Of a DNA stretch of 38,418 nt, positions 1 to 12,682 are shown piece by piece. This stretch comes from Spiroplasma sp. (GTDB taxonomy: Bacteria > Bacillota_I > Bacilli_A > Mycoplasmatales > Mycoplasmataceae). The notes beneath the pieces are model-generated. The model was given only the letters and a program-made list of their open reading frames with translations. It ran no database searches and had not been told where the DNA came from. Location of the stretch: assembly GCA_022712415.1 (NCBI GenBank), contig JALAGN010000056.1, positions 1-38,418 on the forward strand, in the 5' to 3' direction. Made by a program: the position numbers and the translations under genes. Each line of letters begins with the position of its first letter. Within the stretch, counting starts at the first letter, position 1.

Positions 1-2232
1 ATAATTAACTAATAAAATTAATCCACCAAATACGAAAAATAAAACTAGAAACGTTAGTCATGAAAAATTTATTCCCGGCTGTTCGATGACAGCGTAAGAG
101 GTAAATCATTTTATAAACTGTGGTTGCAACAACGAACCTAGAACAAATCCCGGTACGAACGATACAAATAAAATTAGCAAGCAATAACCTAAATATGAAA
201 CAGATATTTTTTTTGCACCAACACCTTGCACCAATAAGTTTTGCAACTGATCTTTGTTTTGTTTTATACATTTACCAATTACAATTCCTAAAGTGTAAAA
301 GACAATTGCAATAATTGAAACAAAAGCAATTAGTCCAATTAAAATTAATGCGGTTTTTATTTTACTAATAATACTTCAGTTCAAATTTCAATTTGATGAT
401 TTGAAATTTTGATATGCAACAAATTCACTTTGATCTTTTATCATGTTCTCATTATTTCAGAATGTGTAAGAAAAAAAGTTGGAAACATTTTTTTCTTCAC
501 CGCTAATAAAAAAATTATTTGAAAAGTTTGTTGTCAACCCATCACCTTTTGGATTGTTAAATATTTTTTGCAACATTTTTTTTGAAACGTAGATGATGCA
601 CGATTGATCTTTATCAACAACTGGTAAATCAATATCTGCAATTTGTAAATAACTTAAAGCATCGCTTGCGGTTCCGCTAATTGAAATTTCTAAATTATTA
701 ATTTTCATTGTAGTTTGATTTTGATGTTGGTCCTTGAATTGTTCTGAAACAAAAATTGATTCATCATTTGGTTTATCTCCACTGATTAATTTTATTTTCT
801 TTCAATCATCAACGACAACAAAACGATAATTAATTTTTGCGATTGGGTCAAATGTAAATGACTCTTCGCGTAATTCAAAATTAATATTATTTATTTTTGC
901 AACAAAATTAAAATGCTCAAATCTAATTGACGACAAATTTTTGTTAACGTATGAAACCGTTTTTGAAATATTATTATTTAAACCACCAATCGACGAAGAA
1001 TATGTTTTTCCGATTGGAACTTGCGAATACGCATAATTGTTTTCGTCAAAAACAATTCCTGAAATTTTATTTGTCTCGTTGGTTTTAATTGTAAATTGAT
1101 TTGTGTAACCGTAGCATCCGCGATATTCCAAATCACGAAATTTTTCAAAGCCTTTATCTGGATCAGATCCATATTCAAAACTTGTTTTGATTTTTTCAAA
1201 ATCAGATTTGTAAATTTCATTTTGAAGTTTACCTGCTTCTAATTCTTTTCCAAATAAAAATTCGAAACCTGTTTCTTGATCGGTTGCTACTTTGTCATCT
1301 CCAATACCTAACATCGGTTTATCTCCGCCGTTAAAAAAATTATTAAATCCACCTTCCGTTGGTTTGTTTCCCTCACCTAAAGTTGAAACATAACTTTGAA
1401 AGGTGTCGATGAAAAAATTGTTTAGATTCGTAATTAAAACAATCGGCAAGGTTTGTAGTGCGTTATAAATATATGAGCTAACAAAATTATCATCGCTGTT
1501 AAATAATTTTTCATCTGCCATTCAACCAGCAACATCTTCACTCGACGAAAAAGAATTTACAAATTTGTTGTACGCCTCTTTGTCAGTTGTAAAATATTTT
1601 TTCATAACTGTATCATTTAAATACGACTCGTCATTTTTCAAATCGTTAACATATTCTTTTAATAGTTCAAAAGTTGTTGCCGACACAAACTCACTATAGA
1701 TCGACTCGTCAAAAAAAATAAAGTCCGGATTGATTTGGTATTTTGTGTCGGAAATTTTCAAGGCACCACTTGCATCCATATGAGAAATTAAATTTCCATA
1801 TTCTGATTGAAATAATGTTTTGAAAATATTCTTAAACTCATTTGAGTCAAAGGTTTTTGAAATAAAAGTTTTGTCACCGGTCAAAATAAAATTGACAGCC
1901 GTTTCTGATTCATTTATTTCCGGATCGGTGATAGAAAGAAATTCACGATCACCCGCATCGTTACTTTCAATTAAATCGTACAGCGGAATGAATTGGTTTT
2001 TTTCTTCGTCCAACACGGCCGATGTGTTTGTCACTTTCTCAGAATAAACATAATCTGGTTTAGTGTATGTTGTCACAATATCGTTGTAAGAGGACGTAAA
2101 GTTTTCGGTCACAGTTAGTCAAGAGGTTAAAAAGAAGGAAAATAAAAACGCCAAAATCAAAATGACAACTAACTGAATTTTGCTTTTCATAATTGTTTTA
2201 AAACCTTGTTTAAAATATAAATTCTTCTTCAT
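1..2232 (-). CDS. Large membrane protein, FtsX/MacB-type ABC permease-like; the 3' end runs off the window
   Basis: Track ORFs 1522..2112, 802..1521 and 457..708 share one frame and join across in-frame TGA (e.g. 2119, 1522, 802, 457, 388, 376). The start is ATG 2230-2232 with GGAG upstream. There is an N-terminal TM helix (IQLVVILILAFLFSFFL), a polar ectodomain of about 620 aa, then hydrophobic helices with an FtsX-like LLVQGVGAKKISVSYLGY segment. The frame is still open at base 1. Confidence 0.6.
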
Positions 2233-2274
2233 AGCGACTCCTAACAAACAAATTATAGTTTATTTTGGCAAAAT

Positions 2275-2298
2275 AAAAACCGCATATGCGCGGTTTTA
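2275..2298 (-). terminator. Rho-independent terminator after fba
   Basis: GC-rich palindrome ccgcatatgcgcgg flanked by an A-run and a T-run (aaaaaccgcatatgcgcggtttt), directly downstream of the fba stop at 2307. Confidence 0.7.
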
Positions 2299-2306
2299 TA
2301 AATTTA

Positions 2307-3200
2307 TTATTTAGCTTTACCTTGGCATCCGAATCATCCAGTTAATTCAACGAATGTTGCTTTGATAGCTTCAAATCCAGGTTTTAATAATTTACGTGGA
2401 TCGAATCCTTTTGTTTTATCATCAAGGTCTTTTTTAGCTTCGATGTAAGTTCTTGTTGCATCACGGAATGCTAATTGCAATTCTGTGTTAACATTGATTT
2501 TTGAAATTCCTAATGAGATTGCTTTTTTAACTTGTTCTTGAGGAATTCCTGAACCACCATGAAGAACCATTGGCATGTTACATGCTTTTTGCAATGCGTC
2601 CAATGTTTCAAATGATAGTCCTGTTCATCATTCAGGGTATTTCCCGTGAATGTTTCCGATTCCGGCCGCTAACATAGTAATTCCAGTTTTTGAAATTTCA
2701 GCTGCTTGAATTGGGTCTCCCAATTCACCGTTACCAACAACACCATCTTCTTCTCCACCGATTGAACCAATTTCAGCTTCAACTGAAACTTCGTGTTCTT
2801 CTGCGAATTTGATTAGGTCTTTTGTTTTTGTTAAGTTTTCTTCGTATGGTAAGTGTGATCCATCAAACATAACTGATGAATATCCAGCTTCGATACATTT
2901 TTTAGCCATTTCAACTGATTGACCATGGTCTAAGTGTAGTGCTACGGGAACAGTAATATTTAAATCTTCTAATAATCCGTTTACCATTCCAACAATAGCC
3001 TTAACGCCTCCCATATATTTAATTGCTCCTTCAGAAGTTGCAATGATAGTAGGTGTTTTAGTTTCTTGAGCTGCTTCTAAAATAGCTTTAGTTCATTCTA
3101 AGTTATTAATATTGAAGTGCCCAATTGCATATTTATTTTTGTGTGCTTCAGCTAACATTTGTTTTGAGTTAACTAAGCGTTCGTGATATAGTTTCGACAT
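2307..3200 (-). CDS. fba: Fructose-bisphosphate aldolase, class II
   Basis: Track ORFs 2334..2603 and 2628..3014 are in one frame and join via TGA (WW at 2625-2630, W at 2334). The start is ATG 3198-3200 after GGAAGGAG. The product is 297 aa with MSKLYHERLV..., HLDHG and VLHGGSG motifs. The stop is TAA 2307-2309. Confidence 0.93.
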
Positions 3201-3223
3201 ACTTATATCTCCTTCCAATATTC

Positions 3224-3232
3224 ATTATAACA
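3224..3232 (-). promoter_or_regulatory. Extended -10 (TGTTATAAT) upstream of fba
   Basis: The reverse complement of attataaca is TGTTATAAT, about 24 nt upstream of the fba ATG. Confidence 0.45.
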
Positions 3233-3260
3233 AAGTGAGACCAAATGTATACAACGAGAT

Positions 3261-3291
3261 AAAAATAAAAACAACCGCTAAATACGGTTGT
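3261..3291 (-). terminator. Rho-independent terminator after the 3295..4977 gene
   Basis: Stem caaccg (3272-3277) pairs with cggttg (3285-3290). On the minus strand it is followed by TTTTTATTTTT. Confidence 0.7.
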
Positions 3292-3294
3292 TGA

Positions 3295-4977
3295 TTACTC
3301 ATTTGCAGCCTTTAAGAAGACTAAAAACGCAATGGCATTAGTAACTAAATAAAACAAACTCAAGAACAAATAGTAGAACCCAACATTGTAAATTTTACGT
3401 GCCTGGAACTCACCTCTTCATGATTCGTTGCTCGTTGGAAAGAGGTAAATTTGCCCATCGCTTTGCACTTGATCGTGATATTTTTGGTTGAAAGCACTTA
3501 GTTTATCTTCATCGTTATTTGCTACCGCCGTTCAAAGGCTAGGGTTTTGAAAGTAAACAGAGCTCCCAATTGTTAAATAATCGTCATAACTCATTGTGGG
3601 GCTGGCAAAAACTCAACTATCAAAACCATCCATTCAAACATTTCAGGCAAAGTTCCCTAACATTTTTTTCTGATAACGGTTGAAATCTTCACGTTCCAAT
3701 TTATTTTGTGGAACTAGTGAATATCCTAGGAGGTTTAAAACCGATCAATTTCATAACATATGAGCTGGTGAAATACCCGCTTTAGCAAGCGTGCTTGTGT
3801 CATCGACATTGTCAATAACACCACTCAATCAAGATTTTCCGGGCAACACTTGGATTGTATTAACTTGTTTATTGCTTAAAGCAATATCCAAATAATTTTG
3901 TACCAAAGCGTTTAATTCACGGAACTCTGGGGCGACCGTCTCGATTTGTTTGTAGAATCCCGCCATTTGTTCACTGTAATTCATCCCAATTTTAAAGGGT
4001 GAATCTTGGAACGCATTATATTTTTGAACAACACTTTGCTTTGCGTAATTATCAAAATCAACATTGAAAATATCTGTTTCACCATTAATGCTGGCAAACG
4101 CTTTATATTTGTCAGTTCAATGATATGTTCCTTGATAATCCTCGTTAACAATTTGATCAAATGCGGCGCCTAGTATTCCGCCCGACACCAAAGCATAAGG
4201 CATGTGATTAATAAACGCTTCTCATGGATTCGTGATACTGTATGACATAGTTGATGATGTGATAAATTCATTCATCTCACTCATCCCGTTGCGCAACTGC
4301 GCGACACTTTGGTTTTCTTTAGCTAACTGTGCTATTTTGGCACCATAATAATCTGGTGCGGCGTTTTTGATATCGTCATCAGTTGTAATCTCGGCACCGA
4401 GACCGGAGATTAGCGGTAAAAAAGGAGTCAAAGCAAAACAGACAGTAAAGACCGAAGAGAAAGCGATTGCAAGTTTAACTTTGTTTAAAGTGAAGAATAA
4501 CATAAAAATACTGTTCAACACAAGAGCGGTTACAAATAAAGCAAATAATCCTCAAAGATAATTCGGTGTGACTATCTTTTTATGCCCGCTCTTGAACGCG
4601 GCAATAAACGCTCCGAATATCAACAAACCGAATAATAAAAAGATCAAATTGAAAACAAAGTTTATTGCAAAACGGCTAATATACGATTCAATCTTTGACT
4701 TTCCTTTTCTTGTTTCAAGTTTTCACAATCCGTTACTTTGCCCCTCACTAAATAATTCGTTTAAGTTGCAAATATTAAAAATTAAAATGAGGATACCAGT
4801 GAAAACCATCAGCATAATAAACATAACTTGCGACAATTTATTATTGGTGGCCGCAAACACATTTGTTAACGCACTAAAAAGAATTAGTGAAGTCGCGATT
4901 AAAACAAAAAGAATAATCGAACTCTTTTGAGAAGCGGTTTTCTTAAAGTTTCAACGAAAGATGGATAACTTAGTCAT
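3295..4977 (-). CDS. Multi-pass membrane protein with a large extracytoplasmic domain (ABC-2 permease-like); function unknown
   Basis: ATG 4975-4977 follows AAGGGGGG. One frame stays open through several TGA to TAA 3295-3297, giving 560 aa. The N-terminal roughly 230 aa form several hydrophobic helices, followed by a polar domain of about 300 aa and a C-terminal helix (FYYLFLSLFYLVTNAIAFLVFL). Track ORF 4222..4521 is an internal fragment. Confidence 0.6.
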
Positions 4978-5149
4978 TCGGACCCCCCTTAACTTATGCA
5001 TTGCATATATGTTTTTAAAATTTAAGCCGTTCGAAAAAATATTCAGTATATTATTTTTGTGAATGTAATGAATTCGATATTGCGCATGAACAACTTAATA
5101 AAGGATATTAATTTCTATACGCCAATTCTTTCAATATTATAATACCGGC

Positions 5150-5195
5150 AAAATTAACAACATCTCCCCCGTACGACACGAGAGAAATGTTGTCT
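5150..5195 (-). terminator. Probable terminator after the 5225..5764 gene
   Basis: acaacat(c)tc (5156-5165) pairs with gagaaatgttgt (5182-5193). On the minus strand it is followed by TTAATTTT. The stem is imperfect. Confidence 0.5.
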
Positions 5196-5224
5196 AAAAT
5201 AATTTTACGTTTATAGTTATTTTG

Positions 5225-5764
5225 TTAAAAAATAAAAGATATACCATTTATATGAGAGTCTGCATCAACTTTATGAACAGCCCCATAAGATTCTGCTCTG
5301 ACAGTTGTTTGTAAAGTTAGATCACCATTTTTATACACTTCGAAAGCAATAGATATAGTGGCTTTTTGTGTAGCTCAACCATTTTTATCTTCATGTGTGT
5401 GACTATACCCATAGATTCAGTTACCGTCATTATCTTCTCCAAAATATGTTAATTCGACTTTTTCTAAATGTTCTGGCGATTGATAAGTAGCAAAATCAAA
5501 TGAACCTTGCGCATGTAAAGATGAAAAACCACCATTTGCAACAAACTCATCAAATGTAATTCTAGCCTCAGACAAATTAGCAATTTTTAATTCTGGTGAT
5601 TCATAGGTTTGAGATCCACCACTTCCAGATTCTCTAATTGTTGCACTTTGGTCACAATCAATTAGTGTTTCGATAGCTTTATAGTTATTAGTAAATGATA
5701 CTGATGTTGGTAAAACTGCTGCCGATAATCCTAACGAACACGCTAATGTTAATATTTTTTTCAT
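5225..5764 (-). CDS. Secreted or membrane-anchored protein of unknown function
   Basis: ATG 5762-5764 follows GGGGAGGAAG. An N-terminal signal-like segment reads MKKILTLACSLGLSAAVLPTSV. Track ORF 5417..5764 reads through TGA 5417 and TGA 5375 to TAA 5225-5227, giving 179 aa. I recognise no family. Confidence 0.6.
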
Positions 5765-5825
5765 AATTCTTCCTCCCCATTCTTATATTATTATACACTT
5801 TTTTTATTGTCCGATTTTTGGCCAA

Positions 5826-5851
5826 CAAAAAAGAGGATTAAAATCCCCTCT
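5826..5851 (-). terminator. Rho-independent terminator after pyrG
   Basis: The minus-strand RNA GAGGGGAUUUUAAUCCUCUUUUUUGUU forms an 8-bp stem with G-U wobbles plus a U-run, immediately after the stop at 5855. Confidence 0.65.
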
Positions 5852-5854
5852 AAA

Positions 5855-7453
5855 TTATTTAGTTAATTCAATTACTTTCTCAACAAATCCTTTAAATAAT
5901 GGATTTGGTTTAGTTGGACGAGAAGTAAATTCAGGATGATACTGAGCAGCAATGAAGAATGGGTGATCTTTTATCTCCACAACTTCCACAAGCCCTTGTT
6001 CTTTATAAATTCCTGAGAAAACCATCCCCGCTTTTTCAAAGCGTTCACGGTAATCGTTATTAAATTCATAACGGTGTCTGTGGCGCTCGTGAACAAGTGT
6101 TTCACCATAAAGTTGATGACACAGTGTTCCGGATTGAATGGTTGTCGGGAACAATCCCAGACGAAGTGTTCCACCGATTTTTTCGCGGTCTTTACCTTCG
6201 ATTAGCATAATGATACCATTTGCGGTTGTCTCATCGAATTCAGTTGAATTCGCATCCGATAGTCCCAAGACGCTTCGAGCAAACTCGATACAAGCCACTT
6301 GCATTCCTAAACATAGTCCTAGATAGGGAACTTTGTTTTCACGTGCGTATTTTGCTGCAAGGATTTTACCTTCAACCCCACGATATCCGAATCCTCCCGG
6401 CACAAGAATTCCTTTGGAATCTTTTAATAACTCTTGATAGTTATTCTCATTAATATTTGCGGCTTGGATTCATTTGACTTTAACTTTTTTCTTAAACTCA
6501 TATCCCGATAGTTTTAAACTTTCAATCACCGATAAATAGGCATCAGGTAGTTCAACATATTTCCCAACAACTGTAATTTCAACTTCTTCGTTGGAATTGT
6601 CGATATTGTGGTTAAACTCCTTGAATCAATTAATGTCCAATTTATCAAGAATGAAGTTCAATTGTTGTGCCACAACATTGTGAAGGTTTTCACTTTCCAA
6701 ATGAAGGGGAACATTATAAATCGAAGGCAGATCAGGACAAACGATAACGTTCTCAACATTAATGTTACAGAACAGCGCAATTTTTTCCCGCATTTGTTCT
6801 TCGACTTCACCTTCAGTTCGAGCCACAATAACGTCTGGCTGAATTCCAAGACTTAACATTTCTTTAACTGAGTGTTGAATTGGTTTGGTTTTAAATTCGT
6901 TTGACACACGAAGGTAAGGTAGCAAGGCAACATGAATAAACATGACGTTTTCACGGCCGCGTTCCATACGAACTTGGCGAATTGCTTCCACAAACGGTTG
7001 CGATTCGATGTCCCCAATTGTTCCACCGATTTCGGTGATAATCACGTCGGCTCCCGTTGTTTCTTCGGCACGGTACACAAAACCTTTAATCGCGTTAGTA
7101 ATGTGCGGAATGACTTGAACCGTTTTTCCTTCATATCCACCCATTCTTTCACGGTCAAGCACGCTTTGGTAAATCCGCCCCGACGTTACGCTTGAGTTTT
7201 TATTTAAATCCGTGTTGGTAAAACGTTCGTAATGCCCTAAGTCAAGATCGGTTTCTCCACCATCAGCCGTTACGAAAACTTCACCATGTTGGTATGGACT
7301 CATTGTTCCGGGGTCGATATTTAAGTACGGGTCAAATTTTTGCATAAAGACATTAATGCCCGCTGATTTTAACAGTAACCCGAGACTACTTCCGGTAATC
7401 CCTTTACCTAGTCCCGAAACAACTCCTCCTGTTATAAAAATATGTTTTGCCAT
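5855..7453 (-). CDS. pyrG: CTP synthase
   Basis: Track ORFs 5855..6403 and 6626..7462 are in one frame. I checked codon by codon that 6404-6625 contains only TGA stops. [18 protein letters not shown] is at the N-terminus and the glutaminase motifs GLCLGMQ and HRHRYE are present. I prefer ATG 7451-7453, which lies 8 nt after AAGGAG, over the track's GTG at 7462. The product is 532 aa. Confidence 0.93.
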
Positions 7454-7470
7454 TTTCTCCACTCCTTCTT

Positions 7471-7510
7471 AAAAAATAAAAATCAGCCAATAAAAGTATA
7501 TTAGCTGATT
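7471..7510 (-). terminator. Rho-independent terminator after rpoE
   Basis: aatcagc (7481-7487) pairs with gctgatt (7504-7510). The minus strand continues with TTTTTATTTTTT. Confidence 0.7.
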
Positions 7511-7520
7511 GCAAATGCTA

Positions 7521-7991
7521 TTAATCGTCAAACGAATCTTCTAACAAGCCGTCGTCAAAATCATCGTCGTCGTCTTCTTCATCTTCTTCATCTTCCTCAT
7601 CATCGTCGTCGTCGTATAATCCGTCATTCGACAATTTATTACTAATTCGATTAAGATTTTCGTTAGTGTCTTCACTGTCGTTAAAGACAGTTGTTTCTCC
7701 ACCCATTTCGTCAAACTCTTCGGTTGTTTCAAACTTATCAACATAATCGTATTGTTTCTTAACATCCTCAAGTTTTAAATAATCTCTTAATCCTCAGGTT
7801 CCATTAGCTGTAAGGGCAAATCTGTTATCGAGAACTAATTCAGTATACAGCTCGGCGATCACATCATCTTTATCTAAAGAATCACCGTTGATATTTTGTG
7901 AAATTGCGTTTCAAATATCTTCAAACGACGAATCTTTTTTTGCACTTCTCAGAAAGGTAAATGCTAATTCAATTGGTGACATTGTTGCCAT
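7521..7991 (-). CDS. rpoE: RNA polymerase delta subunit
   Basis: ATG 7989-7991 lies 6 nt after GGAGGA. The N-terminal globular part (MATMSPIELAFTFLRSAKK...W...LTANGTWGLRDY) joins via TGA codons to track ORF 7521..7706, which carries the typical poly-Asp/Glu tail. The product is 156 aa. Confidence 0.8.
7561..7614 (-). repeat. Imperfect GAN triplet run encoding the acidic RpoE tail
   Basis: tcatcgtcgtcgtcttcttcatcttcttcatcttcctcatcatcgtcgtcgtcgt. This is coding low complexity (DDDDDEEDEEDEEDDDDD). Confidence 0.7.
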
Positions 7992-8020
7992 ATAATTTCC
8001 TCCACAAGCATAATTGTATA

Positions 8021-9223
8021 TTAATTTTTAGGTAGGAAAATAATTTTTTTATTTTTTTCTTTCCCTTTTGCTGTTACAACGGCTGAAAAATGCGAAATAT
8101 CCTCAATTACACCGTTGGTGTCTTGGATATAGATTAACTCATCTTTTCCCTTTTTAATTTTTTTATTGTATATTTCAACCACTGGTTGATCTTTTAAAGC
8201 AAAATAGTAGTCTGTATCGTACCCAAGTGCAGCAACCTCCGCTTTTTTCGCTTCCACATCTTCTGGATGACAGACAGCGGTTTCTAAAAACTCACGATTA
8301 ATAATGCGTTGCGCAAAATCCTTTAGGATTGCATCGTCCTCGTGTTTTGCGGTTTGAATTAATTGAATAAAACTACAATCGTCTAACTCTAAATAAGCAT
8401 TGACGTTAAATTCTGTTCCATCAACTAACGGTTGTACCAAACTATAGTCACCTTTTAATGGTTGACCACTTTTTATCAAATACGATAAACGTTTAAATCA
8501 CATATGCAATGTTTCGTCAAACGCAAACGAAGTCTTATGACAATACACTTGATTGTACATGTAGTATCTTCCTAGCAAGTACGCCTCAATGGCATACATC
8601 GCTTTAATGGGAAAGACAATTTTTTCATCTTCAATTTTGATGTGGCGAATAATTCAATCGACATCAACTTTCGAATATGTAACTCCCGCATTAATACTAT
8701 CGCGCAATAAATAATCCAAGCGATCAGCATCCAACTGTGAAGAAACCAATAAATTCATTAGGTTATCTTCGCATTTACCTTCGATAATGTCGGCTACCAC
8801 TTTGGGATCAATTCCGTGTTTCACCAGAATTTTATTGATCTTAGTTTCAGGACTAGTAATAATTAACGACGAATAATGTTCGTGTTTAAAATGATTGACA
8901 CCCACTTTTTCAAAAGAATGTGAGAAAGGACCGTGACCAATATCGTGTAACAGTCCCGCCACCTTAACAGTTAAACGATTCTTCTCATCGTCAAACGGTT
9001 TTTGGTTTAAGATGTTCGGGTTCTCTAAAAATTTTGTAACCAAATGGTAAACACCCAAACAATGTGCAAACCTTGTGTGTGACGCTCCGATAAAAACGTG
9101 TTGCGCTCCACCGAGTTGTGCAATTCTTTTTAGTCTTTGAAATTCCGAAGTGTTAATTAATTCATAAATTACTTTATCATTAATTGAAATGTCACCGTGG
9201 ACATTGTCTCTAATTGTTGTCAT
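8021..9223 (-). CDS. HD-domain phosphohydrolase (dNTP triphosphohydrolase-like)
   Basis: Track ORFs 8021..8479 and 8654..9223 are in the same frame. I checked that 8480-8653 contains only TGA stops. HCLGV and LLHDIGHGPFSH motifs are present. The product is 400 aa. Confidence 0.8.
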
Positions 9224-9232
9224 TAATTCACC

Positions 9233-10681
<1,449 letters not shown>

Positions 10682-10693
10682 TTAAAATTCCTC

Positions 10694-11791
10694 CTAGTTG
10701 TTAAATTTGAAGAAGCAAACATCTCCATCTTGCATGATATAAGTTTTTCCCTCAAGGCGAATTTTACCAGCGTCTTTAACGGCTGATTCAGAACCAAGAG
10801 CAAAAATATCTTCACATTTATAAACGTCAGCTTTAATAAAACCTTTTTCAAAATCGGTGTGAATAATTCCGGCACATTGCGGAGCGTTCATTCCATCTTT
10901 GAATTGTCATGCTCGCGCTTCTTGCGGACCTGCGGTGAAGTAAGTTTTTAATCCTAATAGTTTGTAACCAGCTTCAACCAATGTACTCAAACCCGATTGT
11001 TTGATTCCTAACTCTTCCATGAAAACTTGTTTGTCCTCATCAGCTAGTTCTGAAAGTTCTTCTTCAATGTGAGCTGAGATGACAACAAGTCCGGCATTAT
11101 TTGCATCAGCAAACGCACGTACTTTTTTAACATAATCATTTTCTGATTCGATTTCATCTTCCGCTACATTAGCGACGTAAATAAATTTTTTGCTTGTTAA
11201 TAATTGAAATGATTTCAATAATAAACTTTCATCTTCATCGTATTCCAACGAGTTTAAAAGTTTTCCGTCACTCAAGGCGGCTTTTAATTTTTGTAAAAGA
11301 TTTCATTCAGTTTGAATGGCGCGCTCTTTACTTGTCTTTGCTTTTGGCGCAAGCTTGTCAATTCTTTTTTTGACTGACGCTTCGTCAGCCAAAATCAATT
11401 CTAAATTAATAATTTCAATATCGCGAATTGGATCAACACTACCTTCAACATGAGTGATGTCTTTGTTATCAAAACATCTAACCACTTCGCAAATAGCATC
11501 CGTTTCACGAATGTTGGCAAGGAAGGCATTTCCTAATCCCTCACCTTTACTTGCTCCAGCAATTAATCCTGCAATGTCAACGAATTCGATTGTTGTATAA
11601 ATTGTTTTTTTTGATTGAAAGATTTCAGACAACTTATTTAAACGCGGGTCTTTAACTTCAACAACTCCAACGTTAGCATCAATCGTTGCAAACGGATAGT
11701 TCTCCGCTTCAACCTTTGAATTAGTTATTGCATTAAACAAAGTTGATTTACCAACGTTTGGTAAGCCAACAATTCCAATTTGTAATCCCAT
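10694..11791 (-). CDS. ychF: Ribosome-binding ATPase YchF
   Basis: Three track ORFs (10694..10891, 10907..11275, 11303..11791) share one frame. The sequence contains [21 protein letters not shown]. The product is 365 aa and the stop is TAG 10694-10696. Confidence 0.92.
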
Positions 11792-11794
11792 ATC

Positions 11795-12682
11795 TTAGTC
11801 CTCTGATTCATAACCCATTAGCTCAAGAATTTTATTTAAATCCTCAACGCCATTATATTTAAGAACAATTTTATTATCTGAAATACTTACTCTTGTTCCA
11901 AATCTGATCATCAATTTATTTTCTATTCCATTCAACAATGGATCTCTTTTTTTAATTACTTTTGTCGTGACATCGTCACCACTTTGTAATTTTTTAATTA
12001 GTTGTTCCACATCACGAGCAGTTAAATTATTTGCCACGATGCGATCGAAAACTTCTTTTAGTAATTTTTCATTTGATAAAATTGAAAGCAATGGTTTTGC
12101 TTGTCCCATTGAAATTTCTTTTTGCAGCATTGCATCTTGAATGTATTGTGGTAAGTTGACCAAACGTAAAATGTTAGCAACATGCGAACGCGATTTACCA
12201 ACACGTTTTGCAATTTCATCTTGTTTTAGGTTTAAAGATTTTGCTAACTGTTTGTAAGCAACCGCTTCCTCAATATCAGTTAGGTCAACCCGTTGAATAT
12301 TTTCAATAATCGCAAACTCTTCCATTTGTTTAGAGTCAAGTTTGGCAATCACAACCGGAACTTCTTTGAGGTTCGCTAATTTTGCAGCACGGTATCGACG
12401 TTCACCCGCTACGATTTGATAAGAATTTTTTGCAACTTCGTTGACGATAATCGGTTGAATGATTCCGTTTTGTTTAATTGAATCACTTAACTCTTGAATC
12501 TCCACATCACTAAATATTTTTCTTGGTTGAAACGGATTGGGTTGTAAAGTTGAAATTGCAACTGTGCTTGTCAGCTCTTTTGCTTTCTCGGTGTCGTCCT
12601 CTAGTGAACCCACTAAATCAGTGACTGACTCACCAAATATTTCGTCAAGACCTTTAAAGTTATATCTTTTTTTAGTAGCCAT
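11795..12682 (-). CDS. parB: Chromosome partitioning protein ParB/Spo0J
   Basis: Intact 295-aa ORF with the ParB box GERRYRAA and an HTH region. Confidence 0.9.
   Translation of the reverse strand: MATKKRYNFKGLDEIFGESVTDLVGSLEDDTEKAKELTSTVAISTLQPNPFQPRKIFSDVEIQELSDSIKQNGIIQPIIVNEVAKNSYQIVAGERRYRAAKLANLKEVPVVIAKLDSKQMEEFAIIENIQRVDLTDIEEAVAYKQLAKSLNLKQDEIAKRVGKSRSHVANILRLVNLPQYIQDAMLQKEISMGQAKPLLSILSNEKLLKEVFDRIVANNLTARDVEQLIKKLQSGDDVTTKVIKKRDPLLNGIENKLMIRFGTRVSISDNKIVLKYNGVEDLNKILELMGYESED

Noticed and set aside
5738-5764. Calling the 179-aa protein a lipoprotein because of LTLAC near its N-terminus.
   Set aside because: The Cys is residue 9, leaving too short a hydrophobic region for a lipoprotein signal peptide, and position -3 is Thr. 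An ordinary signal peptide or N-terminal anchor is more likely.
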